Source: Azolla caroliniana
Taxonomy: Eukaryota; Plantae; Polypodiophyta
Length of the DNA stretch: 64,000 nucleotides
Assembly: GCA_043228905.1 (NCBI GenBank)
Contig: JBHGNT010000021.1
Coordinates: 10,664,001 to 10,728,000, forward strand
Direction of reading: 5' to 3'
A program made the translations under genes and the position numbers. The notes beneath the pieces are model-generated. The model did not search any database and was not told where the DNA came from. It saw nothing but the letters and a program-made list of their open reading frames with translations. Shown piece after piece: positions 36,204 to 47,830 of the stretch. Numbering within the stretch: the stretch's first letter is position 1; every line of letters starts with the position of its first letter.

Positions 36204-36256
<53 letters not shown>
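36204..36256. repeat. (CT)n microsatellite at the LINE 5' junction
   Basis: About 25 CT units. Confidence 0.95.
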
Positions 36257-36259
<3 letters not shown>

Positions 36260-39200
36260 GAGACTAACCCACGCCTTTTACGACTATGCTTTTGGAATTG
36301 TAATGGATACCCACAGAATCCGGGATTTGGCATAGAGGAGTTCATTGATGACTCGGATATCACACTTCTTGTTGAAACATGGGAGCATGATACTCAAAGG
36401 ATTCAAGGTTTAGGAAACTATAATGTACACTCTTTGATATGGAAGAAAAATCCAAGACAAAGAAGAGGACAAGGAGGGGTGGCATGTTTGATTAAGAAGG
36501 AAATAGAGAAATATGTGTCAATCAAAAAAAATGATGAAAATAAATGCTACATATGGCTCAAAATAGAAACACATAATGATTTGCCCACTTTTGTAGTTGG
36601 ATGTTACATACCTCATCAAGATTCTAACATTTATGCTTGTTTGGATAAAGATCAACCGTTTGCCAATCTAGAAGATGATATTGCTTATTTCAAATCCAAA
36701 GGGGAAGTTATTGTCTTTGGTGACATGAATGCTCGTACAAGAAGTTTCCAACTTGATTCACAAGAATCTTTCATGCCACATATCTCAAGGATGCAAGAGG
36801 ATATGCAAATGTATAACCGCTCTTCTAGCGATAAAAAAGATCCGGACCAATTTGGGAAGTTACTCCTACAAATGTGCAATAGTACCGGATTGCTTATTGC
36901 AAATGGTATAATTTCCTTATGGCCCAACACCAATGGTTTTACATGTAGAAAACACAACGGAAATAGCGTGATTGACTATGTGCTACTTTCCGAAGGTATT
37001 TTGGCTCGTATACATAAATTCTGACTTGGTGAATGGACACCGGAATCCGATCATAGGCCTTTATGTATTGATCTCAAATGTATGCATAAGTTTGATTGTG
37101 AGAAGTCTATTGAAGATAATAAACAACCACACTTGAGCATGAACCTTAAGCGAGCACCCATGTATTCCAAGATGGTTGAGGATATGTTAGAAATGACAAA
37201 GATACAACATGGTGCCACACTAGAATGCAAATGGGAAGTGTTCAAGAAAGTCATTCTCTCATGTACAAACAATGTTTTTCGACCAACCGCACATCTTGGA
37301 AATGCACCAAGAAACATAGGAAAAAATGGTTTGATAAAGAATGTCGTGAAGCTCGAAAGTGCCTTATGGTTTTGGATGTAGTTAAGGATAAAGAGAATTA
37401 CCAAAAGCATTTGCATAAGTATAAAAGGCGTATTCAAAGAAAGAGAAGAATATGGGAAGTTACTCAACAATTTATCCAAACGCAAAAGAAAGCACATGCA
37501 TGTGCTAAATTTTGGGGAAATCTAAAGGGGAAACGTGTTGAGAGTTATGGTGACTTAACTCTTCACGACTTGTCTATGAGTTATGAGTTATCTCTTGCCG
37601 GAAAGATGATGTGTTATGGTTCTCTTTCACATATGCCTCCTTTCTTTACAATTGAAGATATATGCATAGGACTTAAGAAATTGGCCTCTCGAAAGGCAAG
37701 CGATCTTCAATGTATAAAGACTGAAATGCTCAACTGGACGGGAAAAGAAGCACATATATGGATAAGCGATATGTTTAATGATGCATTGCAACATGGTATG
37801 TCGTACGATTGGACTACAAATTGGATCAAACCTTTACATAAAGGTGGAGATATAAATAATGTAAACAACTATCGAACCATCATGGTTGGCTCATTAATGG
37901 CAAAACTATTTGGATGTATAATGGAATCAAAGATAAGTGTATGGGTTGAAAAAAGTGGTAAGAGAGCTTATGGATAAGCTGGCTTTCGGAAACACCATAG
38001 CACCATTGATCACCTTATCACCCTTCGGGTATTAATGGAGGAAAGTCGCCTTAGAGGTAAAGGTTTATATTGTTGCTTTGTAGACTTCAAGAAAGCTTTT
38101 GATATGGTACCTCGTGAGTATCTTTGGAGGCAAATGGAAGAACTTGAGGTGCCAAGTGAATATATGCTTGCAATTTCCCGAATTTATGAGAAGGTGATAT
38201 GTTGTGTGTGCATGAGAGATAAACTTTCAGATTTTTTCAAAAGCACTATTGGTGTTAAGCAAGGATGCCCACTCTCACCAACACTATTTGGTCTATGCAT
38301 TGATGAATTGGAAGAAATGGTTACCAAGTTTGCAAAGGAAGAAATGGTTACCAAGTTACCAAGCTTATGAAGGCATTGGAAAAAATTTGCATGCATACTA
38401 AATTAAGTGTCAATAGCTCTAAAACAAAGATTATGCTTGTGAAGAGCCAAAAAAGAGATAAGCCATGGATTATGTACAACAATGAGCCACTTGAATGTGT
38501 GGAAAGCTTCAAATATCTTGGCCTTGAAGTTCCTTCAAATCATAGATGGAATGAATGTGCTACACGTCGCTTAGAGGCGGGCAAGCGAGCATACTATGCA
38601 TTTGAGAACACATGCAATCTTGGAGATATTAAGTGTTGGGTCCTCAAGAAATATCTTTTCGACACTTTGGTGACACCAGTTCTTCTCTATGGGGTGGAAG
38701 TATGGGGCGTTAGTATCCCTAAATCTATGTGGAAAGAGTTTGAAAATGTCCAAAAGCATTTTCTTGCCAAGTTTCTACAAGTTAAGAAACAAACGCCCTA
38801 CACCCTCCTCCTCCTTGAGACGGGATCGCTTCCCATTGAGATCATGGCCATAGAAAGTGTTGTTGAATACATGCTTAAGGTTCAAAAAAGTCCCTCACAT
38901 CGACTTCCTAGAATTGCGTGGGAAGCAAGCAAAAAGATCCAAAAGATGCATAAAAGCAAAATTTTGTGTTCCGGTTGGATGCAAGATATAAAAAAGGTTT
39001 GGTATATGGGATGCGAGACACTTGCTTCATGATGCATCATTAAATTCCTCTTTAAATGAGGCATTTTCTCAACGCCAATGTATCATGACATGGGACAAAT
39101 GTGGAGGCTCACGCTTCACACATTATACTACACATGTTGCACCTAACTACAAAACCATATTCTTTGTAGAACGGGGAAATCGTACACATCCATACATGTT

Positions 39201-39615
39201 GGAGCCCATACCGTTATCTGCCATTCAAACCATTGCTTCCATGCGACTTAGCTCACATGCATTGCGATGTGAAACGGGGCATTGGGGTACAAGTGATGAG
39301 AGTGGTCGGCTATGCACACTTTGCCCTAAACAAGTTCGCGAATCTGAGTATCACACTTTGATACAATGCTCTGCCTTTGATCATATTCGACCATGCTTTC
39401 CACATCTCTTCGATCGAGCCCAATCTTTGCATGAATTCCTCTCACAACCACAATGTGCACTCTCGATTGCAACATTCATTGGTAAAGTTCTTGAACATCG
39501 AGAGTCACTACTCACTTTCACACGTATCACGTGAAATGTAATATTTTTGGTCTCATAGGTCATATTTGACCTCCGAAGACAATAATATAATCTATCTATC
39601 TATCTATCTATCTCT
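36260..39615 (+). mobile_element. Degenerate LINE (APE endonuclease + RT + C-terminal CCHC), RTEX-like
   Basis: APE motifs FWNCNG, VETW, GDMNAR, IDY and SDH. RT motifs NYRTI, FVDFKKAFD and GVKQGCPLSPTLF; the YADD region is apparently deleted near 38340-38370. C-terminal RLSSHALRCETG..RLCTLC..ESEYHTLIQC. 3' (CTAT)n tail. Confidence 0.88.
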
Positions 39616-39929
39616 ACGGCTGTGTGTGTGTGTCTCTCTCTCTCTCCCCTCACACTTATCGTTTGATTTCTATCTATGCAATGGAAACCCTAGAACCTCA
39701 TAGGTTTTGGTGAAGAAGAATGAAGAGGTTTTGCTGCCCAACGTAGCTTTGCAGTGGTGATTGCCAAAGGAGAAGCTCAAGGGATGGTGAGTAAACCTCT
39801 TGGTATTTTGAGGGGGCATTGTGATATCTCATTATTTTGGTCCTTCTGGAACAATGCTTGCGTCGGACACCTTGTAGTCAGTGGTGCACATATTTTGCAA
39901 TCTAAGATCATATCAAGCTTCAAGCATTC

Positions 39930-40125
39930 TTGGGGATCACTATCCCTCTCGTCGCTTTCTGCATCTTGATCCTGTTGTGGCCCGCTCTCACATTCCGCAG
40001 ACTTTTTCTCCGCTTCATCAGCTTTGTGTTGGGGCAGGAGCTTTGCGGGAAGATTGTCATCATCACATGTGCCTCGTCTAGCCTTGGGGAGGCTTTGGCC
40101 TATTTGTATGCCAAAAGGGGTGCTA
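39930..40125 (+). pseudogene. Captured fragment of a short-chain dehydrogenase (steroleosin/11-beta-HSD-like N-terminus)
   Basis: A hydrophobic segment is followed by GKIVIITCASSSLGEALAYLYAKRGA, a decayed GKVVxITGASSGIGExLAYEYAxRGA. Confidence 0.75.
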
Positions 40126-40820
40126 GTTACACATATGCAGATACAGACGCAGAGAAAACTTGTTCTTCTCTCCTCCTCTGTGCATGCATGCCTGTCTCGT
40201 CGCCATGGCTGAAGCTGCTTCTATCCCCAAAGCTTTATTCACAAAGGTCCCCCATCTCTACTGCTACTACTAATGCTACTGTTAGTGCCAAGAACAACGT
40301 CCCTGAACCTTATTCTTCTCCTCATCCTCCCTCTTATCTTCAGCTTGGCTTTGTCGAAGAAGTTTTAATGGGCTATCAAACCATGAATCGTGAACGATCA
40401 AGCAGTTACATGAGCCTGAACAGTAACATGGATCAGCCAACGCCATCGAACGTGACCTTCATACACTATCGCCATGACCTTCTTCAAGTTAGTTCTGTTA
40501 CTGCTCCCAATACTGCTACTGCATCCTAATGGTCCATGTACGTGAAATTGGGGTCCCCTAAGGTAGAAGAGGAAGGATCAGTTGCTTCGTTCCTCCCTTC
40601 CTTCTTGATGAAGAGATCAGCGCCACCGCCCGCCATCATCACCGCCGCATGACTATAAGTATTGATCTGATAATAATCTCACATAGTGAGGGTCAAGAGC
40701 GGAAGAATCAGTTAGAGTTGGAATCTCTGGTAGATAATTTTGATTATGATGATGATGCAGGATATCATGGCCAGAAATTGAGTAGATGGTCAGTTAATCA
40801 TGATCAAGATCATGGTGTTA

Positions 40821-41362
40821 AAGGTTCAGAGTGCAACAGGAGACACAAATTTTCAAGCATTGAAGACATACGGTGTGGATCTGGTTCCGATGGTTGGGAA
40901 ACTTGATCATGTAATTGGGAGAGATGATGAGATTCGACATGTCATCTGTATCCTCTCTAGGCGCACGAAGAATACCCATGTTCGCATTGGTGTGCCTGTC
41001 GTAGGAAAAACTGTCGTTGTTGAAGGTTTGGCATAGAGGATTATTCGAGATGATGTTCGAGGAAATCTCTCTAATGTGATAATCATAGCGTTGGACATGG
41101 GAGCTCTTGTTGTTGGAGCTAAATATCATGGAGAGTTTGAAGAAAGGCTAAAAGTTGTGCTAAAAGAAGTACAAGAGGTGGAGGGCAAGGTATCTTGTTC
41201 ATAGATGAAATTCATCTTGTTCTTGGTGCAAGACGCACTGAAGGGTCTATGGATGTTGCCAATTTCAAGCCAATGCTTGCACGGGGTAGGTTGAGATGCA
41301 TAGGAGCCACCACTCTTGAAGAGTACAAGAAGTGTGTAAAGAAAGATGCTTCTTTTGCGAGA
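40821..41362 (+). pseudogene. HSP101: Captured fragment of cytosolic ClpB/HSP101 (first AAA+ domain)
   Basis: Reads [14 protein letters not shown]...[22 protein letters not shown]...GKT.VVEGLA*RI...[38 protein letters not shown]...[10 protein letters not shown], with a stop and a frameshift. Confidence 0.92.
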
Positions 41363-42944
41363 CTTGTGGCCGAGAGTACAGCTGAAACGCGCAGCCGAGA
41401 CATGTAACCGAGAGGATGACCAAGACGCACGACGAGAGTACAGCCGAAACGTGTGACCGAGAGTACGGCCGAGACGCGCGCCCGAGAGTACGGCCCAGAC
41501 GCGCGGCCAGAGAGAAGACGAAGAAGAAAGTGTACAAAGAAGAAAAGAAATAAGAAATAGAAGAGGGGCAGACATGAGAATTTCACAAGCTCAAGGGTAT
41601 TCATTAAAATTTCAAAAATTTGAAGGTAAAAAACGAAAATTTCTAAAACCAAGGGATACAAATCATGAAATTTCGAAAACACAACTCACATGATGAAAGA
41701 ATGATTACACAAATGCACAACACAATTTCATGAGCCAGGCCACAATGAACTAGTCGATTGGTGTATGATCCAATCTCGACTTGTGTTGACCAAACGCGAA
41801 TGTTCGAGTCAACCAAAGCTCTGATCAAAGTTATCGATCGTAGAGTAGTGATCCAATCGAGGATTTTTCGACCGATGGAGTTCCAGTCGAGAAGAGTTGC
41901 CATGGCGAGTGGGTTCACCGTGTAATGCATTGTCCCACAGGCGTGCCATGTGTTACCCGTAAGAATATACGGGGAGGCATAAGGGGTGGAACACGATAAT
42001 GTGGTTGATGTGTATGTGTGATGTGTATGAGTGTGTGAGGATGAGTATGTGTATGAACACATGCACATTTGTGTGCATGTGTACAGAAGTGAGAGAGTGG
42101 GTCAATAATGTAACTCCATGCTTATCTCATTCTTTTGTAACGGTTACCTCATGTACTATATAAACCCCTTATGGGGCATGTAATGGATATAGCTTTTCCC
42201 CTCTCATTTTGGTGTCATTTCTTATTTTCACTCTCGTTCTCTCTCTCTCTATCATAACCCCCTTGGGAGGGGGGTGAAGCCATTCTAGGTGTCACCCCCC
42301 ATCCAACAACAATTGTACATTCTATCATTGAATATCCCGGATTTAGACATGTTGTACATTGCGGTGCTTGTCAGAATTTTAGTTCTACGCTATCCATTAC
42401 AAGCACCTAGTCACTTACCTACTCGATCATGTTCTCCTTGAAATTGAGTACTACCAAAGTTGTTCAGAGAGGTTCCTGGAGCGTTGTCAAAAATGTGTCT
42501 TTTAGTTCTTCCTCTGTAGGTGGGTCCGCCAACTACCTTCTAAGATTTTGGAATCGTATGATGAATTGCGGAACTAACTCATGGGGTTCCTAATAGGCTG
42601 CATAAAACTTACTCATCAATTCTTGTTGTGTGATTCGTCAATGAAACAATAAGACGAATTTCTCCGTAAGTTGTTGGAAGGACATAAATTCGCCCAAGTC
42701 GTGATGCGCTGACAAGTACTTTAATGCTCACAAATGAGCTACTAACATTGAATCCTAAAATAATCCTATAACTAAGAATAGAAATATAGGCCCTAACATC
42801 CTATCGACCTATCCCTCGACTGACCGGTTGTCGGCTTCTTCAGCCGACTCTCCTTAGTCAACTTGGTTGCCGAATTCTTTAGTTGACCGAGCTATCATCC
42901 TTTAGCCGTTCGACTCATATTGAGTTTATCTCTCAATACTCCCC

Positions 42945-44525
42945 TGTTGAGCGGACAAGCTTAAACGGATCTGGATTGGCTGAATAAGCCAGTGCCGGAT
43001 CAGAGTCCGGAATGAAGAGTCGGATTGGTGTCCGGATGGTATCTGGAACCAGGAGCCGGATCGGATTGTAACCGGTAGGCAGTTAGAGGTCTACAATCTT
43101 AGCCTAGTACATAGGCAGATTCCTGGGAGTTAGTGTTAGTCGCTCGTATGAGCATTGAAGTACTTTTCAGTACTTCTGTCAGTCCTTTATGGGCTTGTAT
43201 AAAAGTTCTCACTGAGCACATTGTATGTATAGAGTGTTATTATTTTGAATTTATTTTATTTTGTTCTCTCTATGTGTTGAAGCTTCCATTAAACGTGTGC
43301 TTATTCTCTAATGTTATCCGGTTGAACCGGTTTGTCCACAAGTTTCCGCATATTAACTTTTACATGGCATCCAAGCCTGAGGGTTGAGAACCTCTACAAC
43401 CGACGAGCGATTTCTGAAGACAAACCCTAACACCCGATAGAGAACCGAAAAGACAGAAGATATGGACAGAAGTATGGCAAGCTAGCTTCCTACGAAAAAG
43501 CTTGACCGGACCAACTATGTGTCTTGGTCATATAAAATGCACTAGTACTTACTGGGGCACGGATACTGGAGCTACGTGGAAGGAGCGAATGTAGCAGCAC
43601 CGGATTCGGCACACAAGGACCTCTTGGCATGGGAGCAAGAAGCAAACAAAGTGTTGTATTACCTTGCATCCTATGTGCACGACGAGATGCTTGGCTACAT
43701 CAAAGATGCAAAGTCATCGAAGGAGGCTTGGGAAAATCTCTGGAAGATTTTCTCCGCAAGTACCACGGCTCGAAAGTTGCAGCTCTGGCAAGAGTTCAAC
43801 AGTATCTGGCAACGGGACATGTTGGTCACCGACTACACCACCAAGATTAAGGAGATCTGTGACGTGCTCGGCTCCATCAACGTGAGGGTGGACGAGGACG
43901 AGATGTTCCAGATCTGCCTCTGCTATTTTCTTTCTTTCCCATATCCGTTTCAAACGAATCACAGGCCGCTAATCTAGCTAGTAGTCGTGGGATATGTGAA
44001 AACAGAGTGAATTCCTTAATTGTTGATTCGGTTATTGGGGTTCTGTGGTCTAGCACAACGGTACGAGCCAATCCGGACAGCAATTTGCAGGGAGAAACCA
44101 TTGTCCTTCGTCAACCTACAATCGATGCTGATGGTAAAAGAAAACCATGTGAGTGGGTCGAGGACCACTCAATCGAACAACCAGATGTTGTACATGGAGA
44201 CGGATTGGCCCCATAGGCGTGGAGGAAGAGGTGGGTTGGCACGGAATGGAGGCGGCCAACAAGAGCAAAATCAGAGGCACAGAGATGGTGCTGACAGCAG
44301 TTTCGGACCCTCCACAAGCAGGGGGTGTCAAGGTGGCACCAGAAACTAGCAATCGAAAGCCGACACAGAAAGCTGGTATTGTGGCAAGAAAGGCCATTGG
44401 GAAAGCGAGTGTTGGAAGAAGTGTGTTGATTCAGATAAATCCGGATCCGGCAAGAGTGGACCAGGAAGTCGACAAAACTCACACTACACTGAGGGATCAG
44501 AAGGATCAGCAACCGATAGGGGTCC
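42945..44525 (+). mobile_element. 5' remnant of a Copia element (LTR, degenerate Met PBS ~43365, gag with knuckle), related to the Copia at 3975
   Basis: Motifs KLDRTNYVSWSYKM, KEAWENL.KIF and CWYCGKKGHWESECW. PBS-like TGGCATCCAAGC. Confidence 0.75.
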
Positions 44526-44804
44526 AGTGGGACCGGATGCGAATTAACTAAACTTGTTTTATCAAAAATAAAAAATAAAAAAATCAAATCAAATCAAATC
44601 AAGGTAAATCATGCAAGGGCAAGGTGTGAACGAACACATCCAAGAACAAGGAGTGAACAGGCACTTTGAAAAGGTACGTAGTGGGCTATTAATAGGGTAT
44701 TAAACCGCCGCCACATGGCACGTCATTCTATTTTAGTGCACGATGTGCACACACGTGGGGGAAGAAAAAAAGGCGCCAACATGCAGCAATAAAACTCCCA
44801 TCGC

Positions 44805-45421
44805 ATGGAGGTCTTCACATTTCGCGAACAGAGGAGCACAACCGCACACAAGCGATTGAAGATCATCAGATGCGAGCCCACATACACAGAGCCTCCTCAA
44901 ACACATCCCTCACCAGCGCTCACCGACCTCAAAGAAGCCATGGACTGCCAAGCACTCTCTGAATCAGCCAAGACGTGGCTAAGGCAACACGGGTTAGAAG
45001 GTTTCCTCATGATCATGGAGGTGCCACCGCACCGGGAGGCGGAGAAGATAGTAAAGGAAAATTTGACATAGAACTGATCACGAAGGAGGCCATCCATGCT
45101 TTGATTGGCCTTCCGGAGGGGGGCATCTTCACTATCGACAACCCTACCCCAGAGCAGCTCCGAAAATATTTTGGCGAATACTCTCTGGACAACAAGGCCT
45201 ACAGGACACAGGGCGGCGAAGATACATTATTTCGAGAGATTGCCTGTGTGATCCATGAATTTGGACACGTATACCCTCGACCCCCGTGCATGCCTCAGAA
45301 CCGAGCCAGCTTAATCATAGCAACGTATGAAGGCGTGAAGGTGGACTGGCCGGTACTAATTGCGAACGGCCTCTGTGCGGCCATCGACTCTGTAAGAGAC
45401 AAGGAGGGTCAGAGGAAGTGA
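44805..45421 (+). pseudogene. Frameshifted ORF of unknown function, probably a transposon accessory protein
   Basis: Protein-like composition across two frames (ITKEAIHALIGLPEGG...VDWPVLI). The GLPxGG and xDW features recall plant retroelement accessory/PMD-like ORFs. Confidence 0.35.
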
Positions 45422-45469
45422 CGACCATCGACCCTAAACATCTGCCGCGGTTGGAGGAAGTGACGACCA

Positions 45470-47830
45470 GTTAGATATAGACTTAACTGGATATGAGTGG
45501 GCAATGCAATATGTAGACTCGAAAAAGAAGGTAGTACTGTTAGTTACCAGACTGGCTGGACGTGGTATGCTTGCTCAAGATCGTGCATTTAGCTATGGCA
45601 AAATCTTGTGGCTGGACTATGAAGATGCAGACTCAACTAATTTGATTGTATTAGTCAACTGTACAAAAGGAGTCTGACAGATGATGGTCTCCGAGGACTA
45701 CTTGTTGAAGGATTCATGTGGACCAAAATCCTTCCGACATGCTATTGAGACAAGTACTAACTTAATAACAACACTGAGGCCATATATTCAAGGTCATGTT
45801 AATTTGAAGACAGCCTCCTTATCGCCCAAAAAAGCACCAATAAGGAAATTTGTGGTGCAGTTCAGGCCCTCAAAAAAGAAGGTGACGAGAATGTTAGATT
45901 CTGAGTCATCGAGTTCAACAGAGGATGAAGAGGCTCAAGCTACACCAGGAGCAGAGCTGGCATCTGGTGTGTTCTCATCAGAACAAAATAAAATTAGAAG
46001 GGACTTAATACATAGAAAACTTGTGTGGAAGGGGCAAGTTTTTAACCTTCCGATAACCCATATTCATCGCCCCCCAGTGGATGAGAATATAGGACGTCGC
46101 CCTTTGGAGATTAGGGAACCACATAAGTTGCACGTCCAAAATTTAAAGAAGAAGATGAAAATCAACCCTCATGCAATGGTCGTGCCTTTTATTGTAATGG
46201 TGGATCCTCTTGAGTGCTCTAAGCTAGAGGATTTTGATATTAAGAAGCACGACCAATACAATTATTTTGTGATTGGAGGATCTCACTCGGTGGAGGCCAA
46301 ACGACAATTAGTCCGCGAGCATCCCACAATGTTCTTCTTCAAATATGCGGAATGCAAAATTTATGTGGGGTTAACAACTGAGGAGGCGAAGTTGTTAGCA
46401 TGGGACCACAATAACGACAATGACTACCGGCAGAAGATGTCCTCCATCGAACGCATTAGATTTTTTCACCACGAGTACCTCGACAGGAAAACCAAATATG
46501 GAGCGAAATTATATCCAGCTCTACGACGTCAATGTCTCCACGAAGTGGGAATTGTGGTGGACGATGTGGTGAAGTCTGATGGAATCAGAAAGTATGAGCG
46601 ACGGTTTCAACTCGCATTTAGGGATGGAGGAGTCTGGGAACTCCAAGATCAAATATTTACGATGTGGGAGAATAAGGAAGTGAAGGGTCAAAGACAGAAG
46701 AAGTCGAAAGTTGACCGTCAATTAGAATTGAAGAGCTTAGCTGCGAAGAAGATAGAGCTTACCATTGAGGAAGCGGCAGATGATATGAAGTTGTCTTTAT
46801 GGAGGGCAATGCAAGGGATCAAAGATGAGCAACTTCTTATATCCGTGCTTTCAAGAGTTGTAGCAAAGGAGCTGAGCCTAGAGGAAATGGTTACGGAGTT
46901 CAACAAGTAAGGTCTTACTAAATTTTTTATGGTTTATCTTGTTTTAAGAAATGAATTTTTAATGTTGGTTTATAAATTTTCAGCCACAAAGTCTATATGA
47001 AAATACAAGAAGTGATGATGAAGCAACTAGGTTGCTTATCGTGAGAACAAGTGACTGAAGAATATCCGATAACGTCTTTGTACAAGGTGTTATTGGATAT
47101 TTCATTGCATTTAAGGATTGGGTGAGTATAACTCTTTGTTTGATCGATTTGTGGTGGTTCATCCCGTGTATCACTATAACTTTGTTGATGTCTTATTTTT
47201 TTTAGAAACCATGTCGGAGTAAGAGGCCTGGTGAAATAAAGGATATACATGACTTTCCAACATCCTTTCTTGCGCATCTTGAAAGGGCCAGAAAAGAGAA
47301 GGATCGACGCTTGGTAAGGGTGTTTGAGGTGGAAGATGACGGCACCTTCAAGAAGTTTAGCCACAGAAAAGACATCACCAGAGATCTGTACTACAATGTT
47401 TATTGTGGGGATGTTGCTGACATGATCTAGAAGCTGCCAAAGAAAGAGTATACGTTAATGGTAGTTGATATTCCATACGATTTTCGTATGGCTGGTTCAA
47501 TCTACGATGACGAACCTTTTAGGTTCAAGTAGTTGGAAAAAATGGTAAAAGATTTCGCCAACTTGACCACTGCTTCCTTGTGGAGAATTGTAATATTTCA
47601 TAGGGCATGGATCAAGGATATTCCGTGGCTCAAGCGTTGAGATCTCATTGCCATGGAATTGAGAACCTTGCTTGGTAAGGATTTTATCGAAAGCACTGTA
47701 TCTCAATAGAAATTATATATTATAATTTAAACTGCTTATAACTTTTTTGTCAACGGTCAGGATTAAAACCAACGTAAATAGGGAACCGACTTTTTAGTTC
47801 GTCAACGCAATGGAATATATAACAGTAGCC
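45470..47830 (+). pseudogene. Intron-containing ParB/Srx-like domain + N6/N4 DNA amino-methyltransferase-like gene, decayed and 3'-truncated
   Basis: Exon 1 (incl. ORF 45681-46910) has IRE...HV..L...M...PFIVMVD...YFVIGGSHS.EA.RQL...IYVGLT.EEA..LA..HN...MS..E. GT-AG introns at 46907-46983, 47122-47205 and 47675-47760. Exon 3 has VYCGDVADMI*KLPKKEYTLMVVDIPY (DIPY 47467-47478). Exons 3/4 give ENLAWIKTN...FVNAMEYITV. Confidence 0.72.

Larger units (their letters stand above)
35681..42311 (+). mobile_element. Non-autonomous LTR element D with gene-fragment cargo (LTRs 35681-36012 and 41951-42311; 5-bp TSD ATTGT)
   Basis: Direct repeats TGTTACCCGTAAGAATATAC...CCAACAACA. ATTGT at 35676-35680 and 42312-42316. 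PBS-like TGGCACGCCTG at 36017-36027. TATA followed by a CT-rich tract on the plus strand. Confidence 0.88.

Noticed and set aside
36044-36260. N-terminal extension of the LINE ORF (SLSLSL...)
   Set aside because: It is an open frame through flanking sequence and a (CT)n microsatellite, not LINE coding sequence.
40821-41362. Functional HSP101 gene or proven retrocopy
   Set aside because: Only NBD1 is present, with a damaged Walker A, a stop and a frameshift. Lack of introns is not proof of retroposition because this region may lie within one exon of the parent gene.
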